A DNA stretch of 64,000 bases from Alphaproteobacteria bacterium (GTDB lineage Bacteria; Pseudomonadota; Alphaproteobacteria; UBA828): positions 1,920,001-1,984,000 of the forward strand of contig CBDEFM010000002.1 in NCBI GenBank assembly GCA_965237415.1. Direction: 5' to 3'. Positions 52,013 through 61,937 of this stretch are shown one piece after another; position 1 is the first letter of the stretch; each line of letters begins with the position of its first letter. The position numbers and the translations under genes were made by a program. The notes below the pieces were generated by a model. The model worked only from the letters and a program-made list of their open reading frames with translations, searched no databases and was not told the DNA's origin.

Positions 52013-53128
52013 ATGACCCAGGATGCCCCGGATATTGTGGTGTTCGACCGCGTGCAGAAAAGCTACGACGGGGAGACACTGGTCGTCAAGGACCTCAATT
52101 TAGGTATCAAGGCGGGCGAATTTCTGACGATGCTGGGCCCCTCCGGGTCGGGAAAGACGACTTGTTTGATGATGTTGGCTGGTTTCGAGCCAGCGACGCA
52201 TGGCGAAATTTACTTGAACGACAGGCCGATAAACAAGGTCGCCCCACATCGGCGCAATATCGGCATGGTATTTCAGGACTATGCTCTGTTCCCGCACATG
52301 ACGGTGAATGAGAACCTGGCGTTTCCCTTGAAGGTTCGGAAGATCCGCAAGTCGGAGGTCGAGGCAAGAGTTAAGCGCGCGCTCGACATGGTTCGGTTGC
52401 AGGAATTCGGCAATCGACGACCGGCTCAATTGTCCGGCGGTCAGCAGCAACGGGTGGCGGTTGCTCGGGCGCTGGTGTTCGAGCCCGACCTGGTGCTCAT
52501 GGATGAACCTCTCGGCGCCTTGGACAAGAATTTGCGTGAGGAGATGCAGTACGAAATCAAGCATCTTCATGAGGAACTCGGCGTAACGGTGGTCTACGTC
52601 ACCCACGATCAGTCCGAAGCCTTAACCATGTCCAACCGGATTGCCGTCTTCAATGATGGGGTGATTCAGCAATTGGCAAGTCCCAGCGCGCTGTACGAAC
52701 AGCCGGAGAATGCCTTTGTTGCGCAGTTTATTGGCGAGAACAATCGCTTATGTGGCAGAGTTAAGTCCGTCGAGGGGCAGCATTGCCACGTGGATTTAGA
52801 TGGCGGCGGCACGATTCGAGCCCTTAATGTGAGGGTCGAAGGCATGGGCGCGCGGACGACGCTCTCCCTGCGCCCTGAACGCGTCATCATCGCGTGCCAG
52901 GAAGGGGAAGTGGAAAACAGGCTCGTCGGTCGCGTCGAGGAGTTGATCTATTTGGGAGACCATATCCGCGCGCGCTTGTCTGTCGCGGGAACCGAAGAAT
53001 TCGTCGTGAAGATTCCGAATACGGACCGCAATGCTGCGCTGCACGAGGGCATGGACGTGAACCTGGGCTGGGCCGCCGAGGATTGCCGGGCGTTGGACGC
53101 GCCGGCCGAGGTGGTCGGTTCCGATTAG
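52013..53128 (+). CDS. Polyamine-type ABC transporter ATPase (PotA-like)
   Basis: GPSGSGKT, FQDYALFPHM, LSGGQQQR, DEPLGALD, TOBE domain. Confidence 0.92.
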   Translation: MTQDAPDIVVFDRVQKSYDGETLVVKDLNLGIKAGEFLTMLGPSGSGKTTCLMMLAGFEPATHGEIYLNDRPINKVAPHRRNIGMVFQDYALFPHMTVNENLAFPLKVRKIRKSEVEARVKRALDMVRLQEFGNRRPAQLSGGQQQRVAVARALVFEPDLVLMDEPLGALDKNLREEMQYEIKHLHEELGVTVVYVTHDQSEALTMSNRIAVFNDGVIQQLASPSALYEQPENAFVAQFIGENNRLCGRVKSVEGQHCHVDLDGGGTIRALNVRVEGMGARTTLSLRPERVIIACQEGEVENRLVGRVEELIYLGDHIRARLSVAGTEEFVVKIPNTDRNAALHEGMDVNLGWAAEDCRALDAPAEVVGSD

Positions 53129-53211
53129 AGCAAATCAAGACGCGTCGGTGTAGCCGCCGCGAGGCTTGAGAACCCGCCGGCCTGTCCGGCAAACGAGAGA
53201 GGAGAGAGAAA

Positions 53212-54315
53212 ATGCGATGGTTGTTGAGTACGACTGTTGTTGCCGCTGGGGTCGCATTGGCGGCTGGCAGCGCCCAGGCGGTCGACCTCACGATCGTGTC
53301 GTGGGGCGGCGCTTATACGGCGAGTCAGCAAAAGGCCTATCACGATCCCTATATGGCAGAGAATCCGGACATTAGCATCATTAATGACGACAACGCCGCC
53401 GAGGGTCTGGCCAAACTGAGGGCCCAGGTCGAATCGGGCAACGTCACCTGGGACATCGTCGACATGGTGGCGGCCGACGCGATTACCGCGTGCGACGAAG
53501 GCGTAATCATGGAAATCGATCCGGACACGTGGCTGGCGGCAGCGCCGGATGGGACTCCTGCGTCGGAGGATTTCTTCGCCGGCACCCTGTCGCCGGGCGG
53601 AACCAACTGCTTCATCCCGCAGATCGTCTATTCCACAACCTTCGGCTATCGCACTGACGTCTTCGACGGTGAGCAGCCCTCGACAATTGCCGACGTGTTC
53701 GATCTCGAGAAGTTTCCCGGCAAGCGGTCGCTGGAGAGAAGGCCCATCAACAATCTCGAGTGGGCGCTGGTCGCCGATGGCGTCGCGCCAGCAGATGTCT
53801 ACGGCATGCTCAGCACGTCAGAGGGTGTGGCGCGGGCCTTCGCCAAGCTCGATACCATCAAGGATCAAGTGGTCTGGTGGACCAAGGGAGCCCAGCCGCC
53901 GCAGCTGCTGGCGGACGGCGAGGTCGTCATGGCCTCGGCCTACAACGGTCGACTCTTCTCGGCCATCGCCGAAAAGAATCAGCCCATCGCCATGATGTGG
54001 GATCGGCAGATCTTCGATCTCGACGGCTGGGTCGTGCCGGTCGGCGTCCAGGATCTCGATGCGGTGAAAAAGTATCTCTACTACGCCACCGACACGCAGC
54101 GCTTGGCGGACCAGGCGAAATTCATCTCCTACGGTCCGGCCCGCTATTCGTCGGCGCCCCTGGTGGGCAACCATGCCGATCTCGGTATCGACATGAAACC
54201 CCACATGCCGACAGATCCCAATAACGCCGCGACCATCTTCGATTTCGACTATGTCTGGTGGGCCGACCACCGGGCGGAACTCGACGAGGTATTCAACACC
54301 TGGCTCGCCAGGTAG
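53212..54315 (+). CDS. Polyamine-type ABC substrate-binding protein
   Basis: Signal peptide, VSWGGAY, QVESGNVTWD, DLEKFPGKR, QLLADGEV..AYNGR. Confidence 0.88.
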   Translation: MRWLLSTTVVAAGVALAAGSAQAVDLTIVSWGGAYTASQQKAYHDPYMAENPDISIINDDNAAEGLAKLRAQVESGNVTWDIVDMVAADAITACDEGVIMEIDPDTWLAAAPDGTPASEDFFAGTLSPGGTNCFIPQIVYSTTFGYRTDVFDGEQPSTIADVFDLEKFPGKRSLERRPINNLEWALVADGVAPADVYGMLSTSEGVARAFAKLDTIKDQVVWWTKGAQPPQLLADGEVVMASAYNGRLFSAIAEKNQPIAMMWDRQIFDLDGWVVPVGVQDLDAVKKYLYYATDTQRLADQAKFISYGPARYSSAPLVGNHADLGIDMKPHMPTDPNNAATIFDFDYVWWADHRAELDEVFNTWLAR

Positions 54316-54398
54316 CAGAGCATCGGAGGGGCGGGATGCATATGTGCGTCCCGCCCTCTTTCCTTCGAGGCCCCTGAGCGACACCCGGACCGGCACCC

Positions 54399-55661
54399 AT
54401 GTCGACGGTCGCCGATAGCGCCCTGAGAACCGCCGATGGCGTGCCGTTGAAGCGTAGCCTGCGCCGGGCGACGGCCCGCAGGCGGCTTCGCGCATTCCTG
54501 TTGGTCGTACCGATCCTGGCATTCCTGTTGATCACATTTGTTTTCCCGGTTATCGACATGTTGTTTAGAAGCGTCGACAATCAAATCGTTTCGTCCGTCC
54601 TCCCCCGTACAACGCTGGCTATCCAAAGCTGGGATCCCGCGAGCGAGGAGTTGCCGGCTGAATTCGTGTTTGAAGCTCTGGTGCTGGACATTCAGGAATC
54701 ATTTAAGAGCAAACGTCTGGGCCGCGCCGGGCGGCGTTTGAATTACGAGATGACCGGAATGACGAGCTTATTCCGGGTGTCGGGACGACGAGCCAGAGGC
54801 ATAACCGAGGCCCCTTTCAAAGACCAAGTCATCGCGATTGACCAACGATGGGGAGAGCGGAAAACTTGGCAGACAATTTACCAGGAATCGAGCAAGGTCA
54901 CCGAAAGTTACTTTTTGTCGGCCGTCGACCTTCGGGTTGACTATCGCGGTGAAATTTCCTGGAAGGCAGAGGAGCGACGAATTTATTTGTTCCTCTTCTA
55001 TCGCACATTGTGGATGAGCGGTTTTATCACGATACTTTGTTTAGCCCTCGGCTACCCAATTGCTTTCCTTCTGGCAACGTTACCGCCACGCCACAGTAAT
55101 CTCTTACTGATTCTCGTTCTGCTGCCATTCTGGACTTCTTTGCTGGTCAGGACGACTGCGTGGATCGCCTTGCTTCAGTCCGAGGGGGTGTTGAACGACC
55201 TGATGGTATTTTCGGGCATTATTTCGGATGACGGTCGATTGCAGATGATTCACAATAAGTTCGGTACGTTCGTGGCGATGACGCACATTCTTTTGCCCTT
55301 CATGATTTTGCCGCTTTACTCGGTGATGAAAACCATCCCCTCGACGTACATGCGCGCGGCGCGGTCTCTCGGCGCATCGCCTTTCACCAGCTTCATGCGG
55401 GTCTATATGCCCAACACCGTTCCGGGTATCGGGGCCGGGTGCATTCTGGTCTTTATTCTGTCGATCGGCTACTACATCACGCCGGCGTTGGTCGGCGGGC
55501 GAACCGGCACATTCATTTCGAATATCATCGCCCTTCACATCAGTGAGACATTGAACTGGGGCCTGGCCGCGGCGTTGGGCGTGATATTGCTGGCCCTCGT
55601 CCTGTTGCTTTATTTCCTCTATGACAGGATCGTCGGCGTCAACAATATGAAGCTCGGATAG
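54399..55661 (+). CDS. Polyamine-type ABC permease (PotB-like)
   Basis: GYPIAF, LLPFWTSLLVRTTAW, RAARSLGASP (EAA-type loop), YITPALVGG. Confidence 0.9.
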   Translation: MSTVADSALRTADGVPLKRSLRRATARRRLRAFLLVVPILAFLLITFVFPVIDMLFRSVDNQIVSSVLPRTTLAIQSWDPASEELPAEFVFEALVLDIQESFKSKRLGRAGRRLNYEMTGMTSLFRVSGRRARGITEAPFKDQVIAIDQRWGERKTWQTIYQESSKVTESYFLSAVDLRVDYRGEISWKAEERRIYLFLFYRTLWMSGFITILCLALGYPIAFLLATLPPRHSNLLLILVLLPFWTSLLVRTTAWIALLQSEGVLNDLMVFSGIISDDGRLQMIHNKFGTFVAMTHILLPFMILPLYSVMKTIPSTYMRAARSLGASPFTSFMRVYMPNTVPGIGAGCILVFILSIGYYITPALVGGRTGTFISNIIALHISETLNWGLAAALGVILLALVLLLYFLYDRIVGVNNMKLG

Positions 55662-55666
55662 ATTTC

Positions 55667-56515
55667 ATGCCGCCGCCGCTGCACGCGACACACTCGGAAC
55701 GCGTTTGGTACTATACGTTTCGTACGCTATGTGTGCTGATTTTTATCTTTTTGGTTGGCCCTATTTTCGTCATCATACCGCTTAGCTTCAACGAGCTTCC
55801 CTACTTTACCTTCACGCCGGAAATGCTTGCCTTCGATCCGGCGGGCTACAGCACGAAGTGGTATCAGGAATTCTTTACCGAGGATTCATGGCAAAGGGCC
55901 GTACAAAATAGCTTCTTTATAGCAATATTCGCGACGCTCATTTCGACATTTCTCGGCACGCTCGGGGCGCTCGGGCTAAGCAGGCCCGAAATGCCGTTCA
56001 GGAAAACGATCATGGCGCTCTTGATATCGCCGATGATCGTGCCGCTGATTATTTCGGCTGCGGGTATGTATTTCTTTTATGCACGCATCGGGATCGCGTC
56101 GACGCACTTCGGCGTCATTCTCGCCCATTCGGCGTTGGGCATCCCCTTCGTCATCATTACCGTGACGGCCACCCTGGTGGGCTTCGATCACTCGCTGACC
56201 CGTGCGGCGGCAAGCCTGGGGTCGAGCCCGACGCGCACCTTCTTCGTGGTGATCGTGCCGTTGATTCTGCCTGGCGTCATATCGGGCGCGCTGCTGGCGT
56301 TCATCACCTCCTTCGACGAGGTCGTGGTGGTGCTGTTCGTCGGCTCCGTCGAGCAAAGAACGATTCCGTGGAAGATGTTCTCGGGCATCCGGGAAGAGAT
56401 CCGCCCGACCATCCTGGCGGTCGCTACACTCTTGGTGTTCGTATCGATCGTGTTGTTGACGATGGTCGAACTCTTACGGCGGCGGAGCGAGCGGCTGCGC
56501 GGTATTCGATCCTGA
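55667..56515 (+). CDS. Polyamine-type ABC permease (PotC-like)
   Basis: IIPLSFN, SPMIVP, RAAASLGSSP, TSFDEVV. Confidence 0.9.
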   Translation: MPPPLHATHSERVWYYTFRTLCVLIFIFLVGPIFVIIPLSFNELPYFTFTPEMLAFDPAGYSTKWYQEFFTEDSWQRAVQNSFFIAIFATLISTFLGTLGALGLSRPEMPFRKTIMALLISPMIVPLIISAAGMYFFYARIGIASTHFGVILAHSALGIPFVIITVTATLVGFDHSLTRAAASLGSSPTRTFFVVIVPLILPGVISGALLAFITSFDEVVVVLFVGSVEQRTIPWKMFSGIREEIRPTILAVATLLVFVSIVLLTMVELLRRRSERLRGIRS

Positions 56516-56540
56516 CCCACCCGGCGGGGTCCCAACTCTT

Positions 56541-56555
56541 GTTCTTGTAATGTTC
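56541..56555 (+). promoter_or_regulatory. Alphaproteobacterial LexA (SOS) box
   Basis: GTTC-TTGTAAT-GTTC is an exact GTTC-N7-GTTC, 24 nt upstream of the radical SAM ATG. Confidence 0.75.
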
Positions 56556-56579
56556 GCCGTCGCAGTCTACGCTGTGGCG

Positions 56580-57644
56580 ATGCGGGACGTGCGCAAAGGA
56601 CGAGGAGCCGCGAGCAACCGGAGCGGCCGCTACGAGCGCCACCAGCACGAGACGTTCGACGATGGGTGGGGCACCATCGACGAGGCCCAGGTACCGCTCC
56701 GCACCGAGGTCCGGCCCGATACCAGCCGCACGGTAATCACCCGCAACGATTCGCCCGATCTCGGGTTCGACCGTTCCATCAACGTCTATCGCGGCTGCGA
56801 GCATGGCTGCGTCTATTGCTACGCGCGCCCGACCCATGCCTATCTCGGCCTCTCGCCCGGCCAGGACTTCGAGAGCCGCATCTTCGCCAAGCACGATGCG
56901 CCGGCCCAACTCGAGCGCGAGCTGGCGCGCCCTGGCTATGAGTGCCGGATGATTGCGATGGGCACCAACACCGACCCCTACCAGCCGACCGAGCGCCGCC
57001 TCGCACTCACCAGGCGCGTCCTCGAGGTGCTCGACCGGCACGACCATCCGGTCGGCATCGTGACCAAGTCGGCGCTGGTCACGCGCGATGCGGACATCCT
57101 CTCCCGCATGGCAAAGCGCAGGCTCGCCACGGTCGCGCTCTCGGTCACGACGCTGGACCGCGACCTCGCGCGCACCATGGAGCCGCGCGCGTCGACGCCG
57201 GCTAAGCGGCTGGACGCGATGCGCACGCTCGGCCAAGCGGGCGTCCCTGTGGGCGTGATGGTCGCGCCCATCATCCCGGGCCTTACCGACCACGAAATGG
57301 AAACGATTCTCGAAGCCGCCAAAGAGGCTGGCGCGGGCCGTGCGGGCTACGTCGTTCTGCGGCTGCCGCGGGAGGTGCGGGAGCTCTTCCTGGAATGGCT
57401 CTCGGTCCACGCGCCGAACAAGGCAAAGCGCGTCGTCTCTCTGCTGCAGGGGATGCGCGCAGGCCGGCTCAATGATCCCAACTTCGGCTCCCGCATGACC
57501 GGCGCCGGCCCCTACGCCGATCTGATCGCCACGCGCTTTGCTGCCGCGACGCGACGCCTCGGGCTGGTGCGCCGGGGGCCTAGTCTCGACACGGGGCGGT
57601 TCCGCCCGCCCGCCCGCGACCCCGCGCATCTCGCCCTCTTCTGA
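56580..57644 (+). CDS. PA0069/Rv2578c-family radical SAM protein (SPL-like, putative DNA repair)
   Basis: GRGAASN, NDSPD.GFDRSIN.YRGCEHGCVYCYARPTH, GTNTDPYQP. Confidence 0.9.
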   Translation: MRDVRKGRGAASNRSGRYERHQHETFDDGWGTIDEAQVPLRTEVRPDTSRTVITRNDSPDLGFDRSINVYRGCEHGCVYCYARPTHAYLGLSPGQDFESRIFAKHDAPAQLERELARPGYECRMIAMGTNTDPYQPTERRLALTRRVLEVLDRHDHPVGIVTKSALVTRDADILSRMAKRRLATVALSVTTLDRDLARTMEPRASTPAKRLDAMRTLGQAGVPVGVMVAPIIPGLTDHEMETILEAAKEAGAGRAGYVVLRLPREVRELFLEWLSVHAPNKAKRVVSLLQGMRAGRLNDPNFGSRMTGAGPYADLIATRFAAATRRLGLVRRGPSLDTGRFRPPARDPAHLALF

Positions 57645-57695
57645 GCCGCCGGCGCGCCGTTGCCCGCGCGGGCCACGCTCGTGGTAGAAGCGCTC

Positions 57696-58334
57696 ATGGC
57701 AAAGCGACACGTCCCGCGGGATAGTCCGGACTTTTCGCTGGAAGACGCGGCGGACGGGCGCGTTGCCGGGATCGACGAGGCCGGCCGGGGCCCTTGGGCG
57801 GGGCCCGTGGTCGCGGCGGCGGTCGCGTTCGGCGCGGGCGGCCCAACGCCACATTTGCGGGCGATGATTACCGATTCCAAGCTGCTCCGGGCCGAGCGCC
57901 GCTCCGCGCTGCAGCCGGCAATTCTGGCCTGCGCCGATGCTGCCGTCGGCCTCGCCAGCGTCGCCGAAATCGACAGCATGAACATCCTTCAGGCCACTCT
58001 TCTGGCCATGCGCCGTGCTGTCGTCCGTCTCGCCCACCTGCCCGACCTCGCGCTGGTGGACGGCAACCGCGCGCCCTGCCTGCCTTGCCCGGTGCGGACG
58101 GTGGTCGGCGGCGACCGGCTGAGCCTCTCGATCGCCGCGTCCTCGATCGTCGCCAAGGTCGCCAGGGACCGTCTGATGGCGCGCCTCGCGCTCGACCATC
58201 CCGGCTACAGTTGGGAGCGGAACGCCGGCTATGGCACGGCGGAGCACCGCGCGGGTCTCGCGCGGCTCGGGCCTTGCGTGCACCACCGGCGATCCTTTCG
58301 CCCGATCCGCGAACTCTTGGAGGGCGATCCGTGA
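57696..58334 (+). CDS. rnhB: Ribonuclease HII
   Basis: GIDEAGRGPWAGPV, DSK, NILQATLLAM, LVDGN, IAASSIVAKV.RD, HRRSFRP. Confidence 0.95.
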   Translation: MAKRHVPRDSPDFSLEDAADGRVAGIDEAGRGPWAGPVVAAAVAFGAGGPTPHLRAMITDSKLLRAERRSALQPAILACADAAVGLASVAEIDSMNILQATLLAMRRAVVRLAHLPDLALVDGNRAPCLPCPVRTVVGGDRLSLSIAASSIVAKVARDRLMARLALDHPGYSWERNAGYGTAEHRAGLARLGPCVHHRRSFRPIRELLEGDP

Positions 58335-58873
58335 GCCTCCCGACATCCGACGACGACCTCGTCGTCCATCCGCCGGGAATTCTCCAGTGGCGCGGCAAGC
58401 GCTTCGCCTGCGCGATCGGGTCGGGCGGGGTGCGGTCGAACAAGCGCGAGGGCGACGGTGCGACCCCCGCCGGCCGTTTCCCGTTACGCCGGGTCCTCTA
58501 CAGGCCCGACAGGACGGCGCCGCCACGCACCGCGCTCCCCATCGCGCCGCTGAGCCCGCACGACGGCTGGTGCGACGATCCCGGCCATCCCCTCTACAAC
58601 GAGCCGCTGCGTCTGCCCCACGAGGCGAGCCACGAAGAGCTGTGGCGCGGGGATCACGTCTACGACCTGATCGTCATTCTCGGCCACAACGATACGCCCG
58701 CGGTGCCGGGCTTGGGCAGCGCGGTGTTCCTTCACGTGGCTCAGCCGGACTACGCACCGACGGCAGGGTGCGTCGCCCTTGCGGCGGGCGACTTGCTAAC
58801 GATCCTGGCCGGCGTGGGTCGGCGGGCCTGGCTCCGCGTTCCGTCCGCTGGAGTGCCGCCCGGCCGGAATTAG
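58331..58873 (+). CDS. L,D-transpeptidase (YkuD-like) family protein
   Basis: KREGDGATP.G, WCDDP, GSAVFLH...PTAGCV; GTGA overlap with rnhB. Confidence 0.88.
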   Translation: MSLPTSDDDLVVHPPGILQWRGKRFACAIGSGGVRSNKREGDGATPAGRFPLRRVLYRPDRTAPPRTALPIAPLSPHDGWCDDPGHPLYNEPLRLPHEASHEELWRGDHVYDLIVILGHNDTPAVPGLGSAVFLHVAQPDYAPTAGCVALAAGDLLTILAGVGRRAWLRVPSAGVPPGRN

Positions 58874-59583
58874 CGCGTGGGACGGGCCCCAAAAATCGCC
58901 GTACCGATCCGGACGTGGGTGGCGCCGAGCGCGATCGCTGTCCGGTAGTCGGCCGACATGCCCATGCTGAGGCGGTCGAGGCCGTGGCGCGCGGCGAGCT
59001 CCCGCAATAGCGCGAAGTGGGGGGATGGGTCTTCGTCGGCGGGCGGAATGCACATGAGCCCGATCACGGGCAGCATCAGATCGTCCCGGCAGTGCGCGAC
59101 CAGTGCATCGAGGCCATCCGGCAAGATTCCGGCCTTCTGCGGCTCGGCCCCGGTATTGACCTGAATGAAGCAGTCAGGACGGCGGCCCTGGCGCACCATC
59201 TCGCGGGCCAGCGCAGCAGCCAGCTTGGCCCGATCGATCGCATGGATGGCATCGGCGATGGCCACCGCGTCGCGGACCTTGTTGGTCTGCAGCGCGCCGA
59301 TGTAGTGAAGTGCCGCACCGGGCCATTCGGTGCGGAGCGCCTGCCATTTCTCGCTCGCTTCCTGCACCCTGTTCTCGCCATAGGTCGTGTGGCCGGCGGC
59401 AAGCGCAGGCAGGATCCGGCTTGCGGGGTGTCCCTTGGAGACCGCGATCAGCGTAATCTCGCCCCCGCCGCGTCCTGCGGCACGCGCCGCATCCTGGACC
59501 TCGGCCGTGACGGCGGCCAGATTGGCGGCGACATCGACGGCCGGCGGGTCGTCTCTGGGAGTGGCAGGGGCTGCGTGCGCCAT
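58870..59583 (-). CDS. yggS: PLP homeostasis protein YggS/PLPBP
   Basis: LIAVSK, GENRVQE, HYIGALQTNK, GLMCIP, LSMGMS.D...A...GAT.VRIGTAIFG. Confidence 0.94.
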   Translation of the reverse strand: MAHAAPATPRDDPPAVDVAANLAAVTAEVQDAARAAGRGGGEITLIAVSKGHPASRILPALAAGHTTYGENRVQEASEKWQALRTEWPGAALHYIGALQTNKVRDAVAIADAIHAIDRAKLAAALAREMVRQGRRPDCFIQVNTGAEPQKAGILPDGLDALVAHCRDDLMLPVIGLMCIPPADEDPSPHFALLRELAARHGLDRLSMGMSADYRTAIALGATHVRIGTAIFGARPTR

Positions 59584-59605
59584 AGGAACCTGAATTGAGC
59601 GAGCG

Positions 59606-60214
59606 GTGGGAACGCTAGCAGAGGCGGCGGCAAGCCTCAAACGAACGGCGGGGAGCAGCTTGCCGGCGCTCCTGCTGATGACCGACGAGGCGCGGCTCGC
59701 CGATCCCCTCCCGGCTGCCAACGCGCTGCCGGCGGGGAGCGGCATCATCCTCCGTCATTATGGAACGCCGGAGCGCGCGGCGCTCGCCCGCAGCCTTGCC
59801 GCTATTGCGCGACGACGAGGGCTCGTCCTGCTGGTGGGCGAAGACCCGGCGCTCGCGCGGCGGGTCGGCGCTCACGGGGTCCATCTGCCGGAGCGCGCCA
59901 TCAGGCGCGCCGCTGCCGTGCGCTGGCAGCGGGACTGGCTGGTCACCGCCGCCGCCCATTCCCCTGCGGCGTTGCGCTCGGCCGCCTCCGCTGGCGCCGA
60001 TGTCGCTCTACTCTCCCCGGTGTTCGCCACGGCGAGCCACCCCGATGTCCGCGCCCTCGGCCCCCACCGTTTCGCTGCGCTGGCGCGCGCCAGCCCTCTC
60101 CCGGTCTATGCTCTCGGCGGCATCGACAGCACCCGCGCGCGTCTCCTGCAAGGCAGCGGCGCCGTTGGAATCGCCGGCATCGGCGGGCTCATTCCTCAGA
60201 CGCCTCGCCCGTAA
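59606..60214 (+). CDS. Thiamine-phosphate synthase-like (ThiE/TenI) protein
   Basis: MTD.R, ILRHY, GVHLP, TAAAHS, LSPVFAT.SH, VYALGGI. Confidence 0.8.
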   Translation: MGTLAEAAASLKRTAGSSLPALLLMTDEARLADPLPAANALPAGSGIILRHYGTPERAALARSLAAIARRRGLVLLVGEDPALARRVGAHGVHLPERAIRRAAAVRWQRDWLVTAAAHSPAALRSAASAGADVALLSPVFATASHPDVRALGPHRFAALARASPLPVYALGGIDSTRARLLQGSGAVGIAGIGGLIPQTPRP

Positions 60215-60239
60215 GGGCGAAGTGCCGCGCGCAGCCATC

Positions 60240-61457
60240 CTAGAGGGGCGGTGTGCCGCCTTCGAGGGGGATGATCTCCACCGCTGAGCCGCGCGCCGCC
60301 GCCGGCGCATGGGGCGGGCGGACGACGAGGCATTGCGCCTTCACCAGCAGCGACAGCATCGAGCTGTCCTGCTTCGTGAAGGGCGTTGCGATCAGCGCAC
60401 CGCTTTCGTCGCGCCTGAGCGTCGCGCGGAGATAATCCTGCCGCTCGTCGTTCTCCCCGACGTCGGCGCCAAGGCTCGCTCGTTGCGCCATCGGGTGAGC
60501 GCCCTCGTCGGAGCCGAGCATGCGGGCCAGCGCCGGCCTGAGGAAGACCAGCGCGCAAACCAGCGAGGAGACCGGGTTGCCGGGGAGGCCGAGCAGGCGG
60601 GTGCCGCCGACGGTGCCGAACATCAGTGGCTTGCCGGGCCGCATGGCGATCTTCCAGAAATCGAGGGTGAGTCCTTCATCCTTGAGCGCGGAGCGGATCA
60701 GGTCGTGCTCGCCCACCGAGGCGCCGCCGGTGGTGACCAGCAGGTCCGCGCCATTCGCGCCGGCGGCAAGGCGCGCGAGGGAGTCGGCGTCGTCGCGGGC
60801 GATGCCGAGGTCGATCGCCTCGCCACCGCACCCCTCCACCACCGCCCTGAGCGCGTGCGTGTTGGAACTCACGATCTGATTGGCGCCCAGCGGCTCGCCC
60901 GGCATGACGATCTCGTCGCCGGTGGCAAGCAATGCGATTCGGGGCCTGCGCCTGACCGTGAGCCACGGCTGGTTCATGGCGGCGGCAAGCCCGATGGCGC
61001 GTGCGTCGAGCCGCCTTCCTGCCGCGACGCCGACCTCGCCCGCGCGAAAATCGAGGCCGGCGGGGCGAATGTAGCGGCCCGCCGGCGCGCCTGCGCGCAC
61101 GGTAATCGCGTCGCCGTCCCGGCGCGTGTTCTCCTGAATGACGATCGTATCGGCGCCGTCCGGCACCGGCGCGCCAGTGAAAATGCGGACAGTCTCGCCG
61201 GGGCCGACCGTGCCTTCGAAGCGGGCGCCGGCGGGCACGCTGCCGATCTGACGCAGGGTGACGGGCACCTCCGCGACATCGGCGGCGCGCGCGGCGTAGC
61301 CGTCCATGGCCGAGACGGCGAAGGGCGGCTGCGTGAGGCGGGCGACGATGTCGGCTGCCAGCACGCGGCCGTGAGCCGCGGCGAGCGGCACGGTCTCCGC
61401 CGGCAGCGGCGAAAAGGCGGAAGTGATGCGGGCGACCGCTTCAGCGACCGGAATCAT
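60240..61457 (-). CDS. moeA: Molybdopterin molybdotransferase MoeA
   Basis: PPF.VSAMDGYA, RIFTGAPVP, ATGDE, TTGGASVG, MRPGKP, LPGNPVS. Confidence 0.95.
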   Translation of the reverse strand: MIPVAEAVARITSAFSPLPAETVPLAAAHGRVLAADIVARLTQPPFAVSAMDGYAARAADVAEVPVTLRQIGSVPAGARFEGTVGPGETVRIFTGAPVPDGADTIVIQENTRRDGDAITVRAGAPAGRYIRPAGLDFRAGEVGVAAGRRLDARAIGLAAAMNQPWLTVRRRPRIALLATGDEIVMPGEPLGANQIVSSNTHALRAVVEGCGGEAIDLGIARDDADSLARLAAGANGADLLVTTGGASVGEHDLIRSALKDEGLTLDFWKIAMRPGKPLMFGTVGGTRLLGLPGNPVSSLVCALVFLRPALARMLGSDEGAHPMAQRASLGADVGENDERQDYLRATLRRDESGALIATPFTKQDSSMLSLLVKAQCLVVRPPHAPAAARGSAVEIIPLEGGTPPL

Positions 61458-61460
61458 CGG

Positions 61461-61937
61461 TCACGGCGCCCGGAACTCGCCCGACTTGCCGCCCTCCTTG
61501 TGGGTGAGCCGCACGTCGGTGATGCGCATGCCGCGATCGGCGGCCTTGCACATGTCGTAGACGGTGAGCGCGGCCACGCTCGCTGCGGTCAGCGCCTCCA
61601 TCTCGACCCCGGTGCGCGCCGTGATGCGGCAACTGGCCTCGATGTCCACGGCGCCCTCTGCCTCGTCGCAGGTGAGCCTCACGTCGACAGCGCTGAGCGC
61701 CAGGGGATGGCAGAGCGGGATCAGATCGGCGGTCCGTTTGGCCGCCATGATGCCGGCAAGCCGGGCGACACCGAGCACGTCCCCTTTCGCGACGCCCCCT
61801 TCCTGGATCAGCCGCGCGGTCTCGGGCTTCATCAGCACGCGCGCCCGCGCCGTCGCCCGGCGCTCGGTGACCTCCTTCTCCGTCACGTCCACCATGCGCG
61901 CCTTGCCTTCGGCGTCGATGTGGGTGAGCCGCGCCAT
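61461..61937 (-). CDS. moaC: Cyclic pyranopterin monophosphate synthase MoaC (own ATG and SD, but also the C-terminal domain of the TrpC ORF)
   Basis: [54 protein letters not shown]. Confidence 0.95.
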   Translation of the reverse strand: MARLTHIDAEGKARMVDVTEKEVTERRATARARVLMKPETARLIQEGGVAKGDVLGVARLAGIMAAKRTADLIPLCHPLALSAVDVRLTCDEAEGAVDIEASCRITARTGVEMEALTAASVAALTVYDMCKAADRGMRITDVRLTHKEGGKSGEFRAP

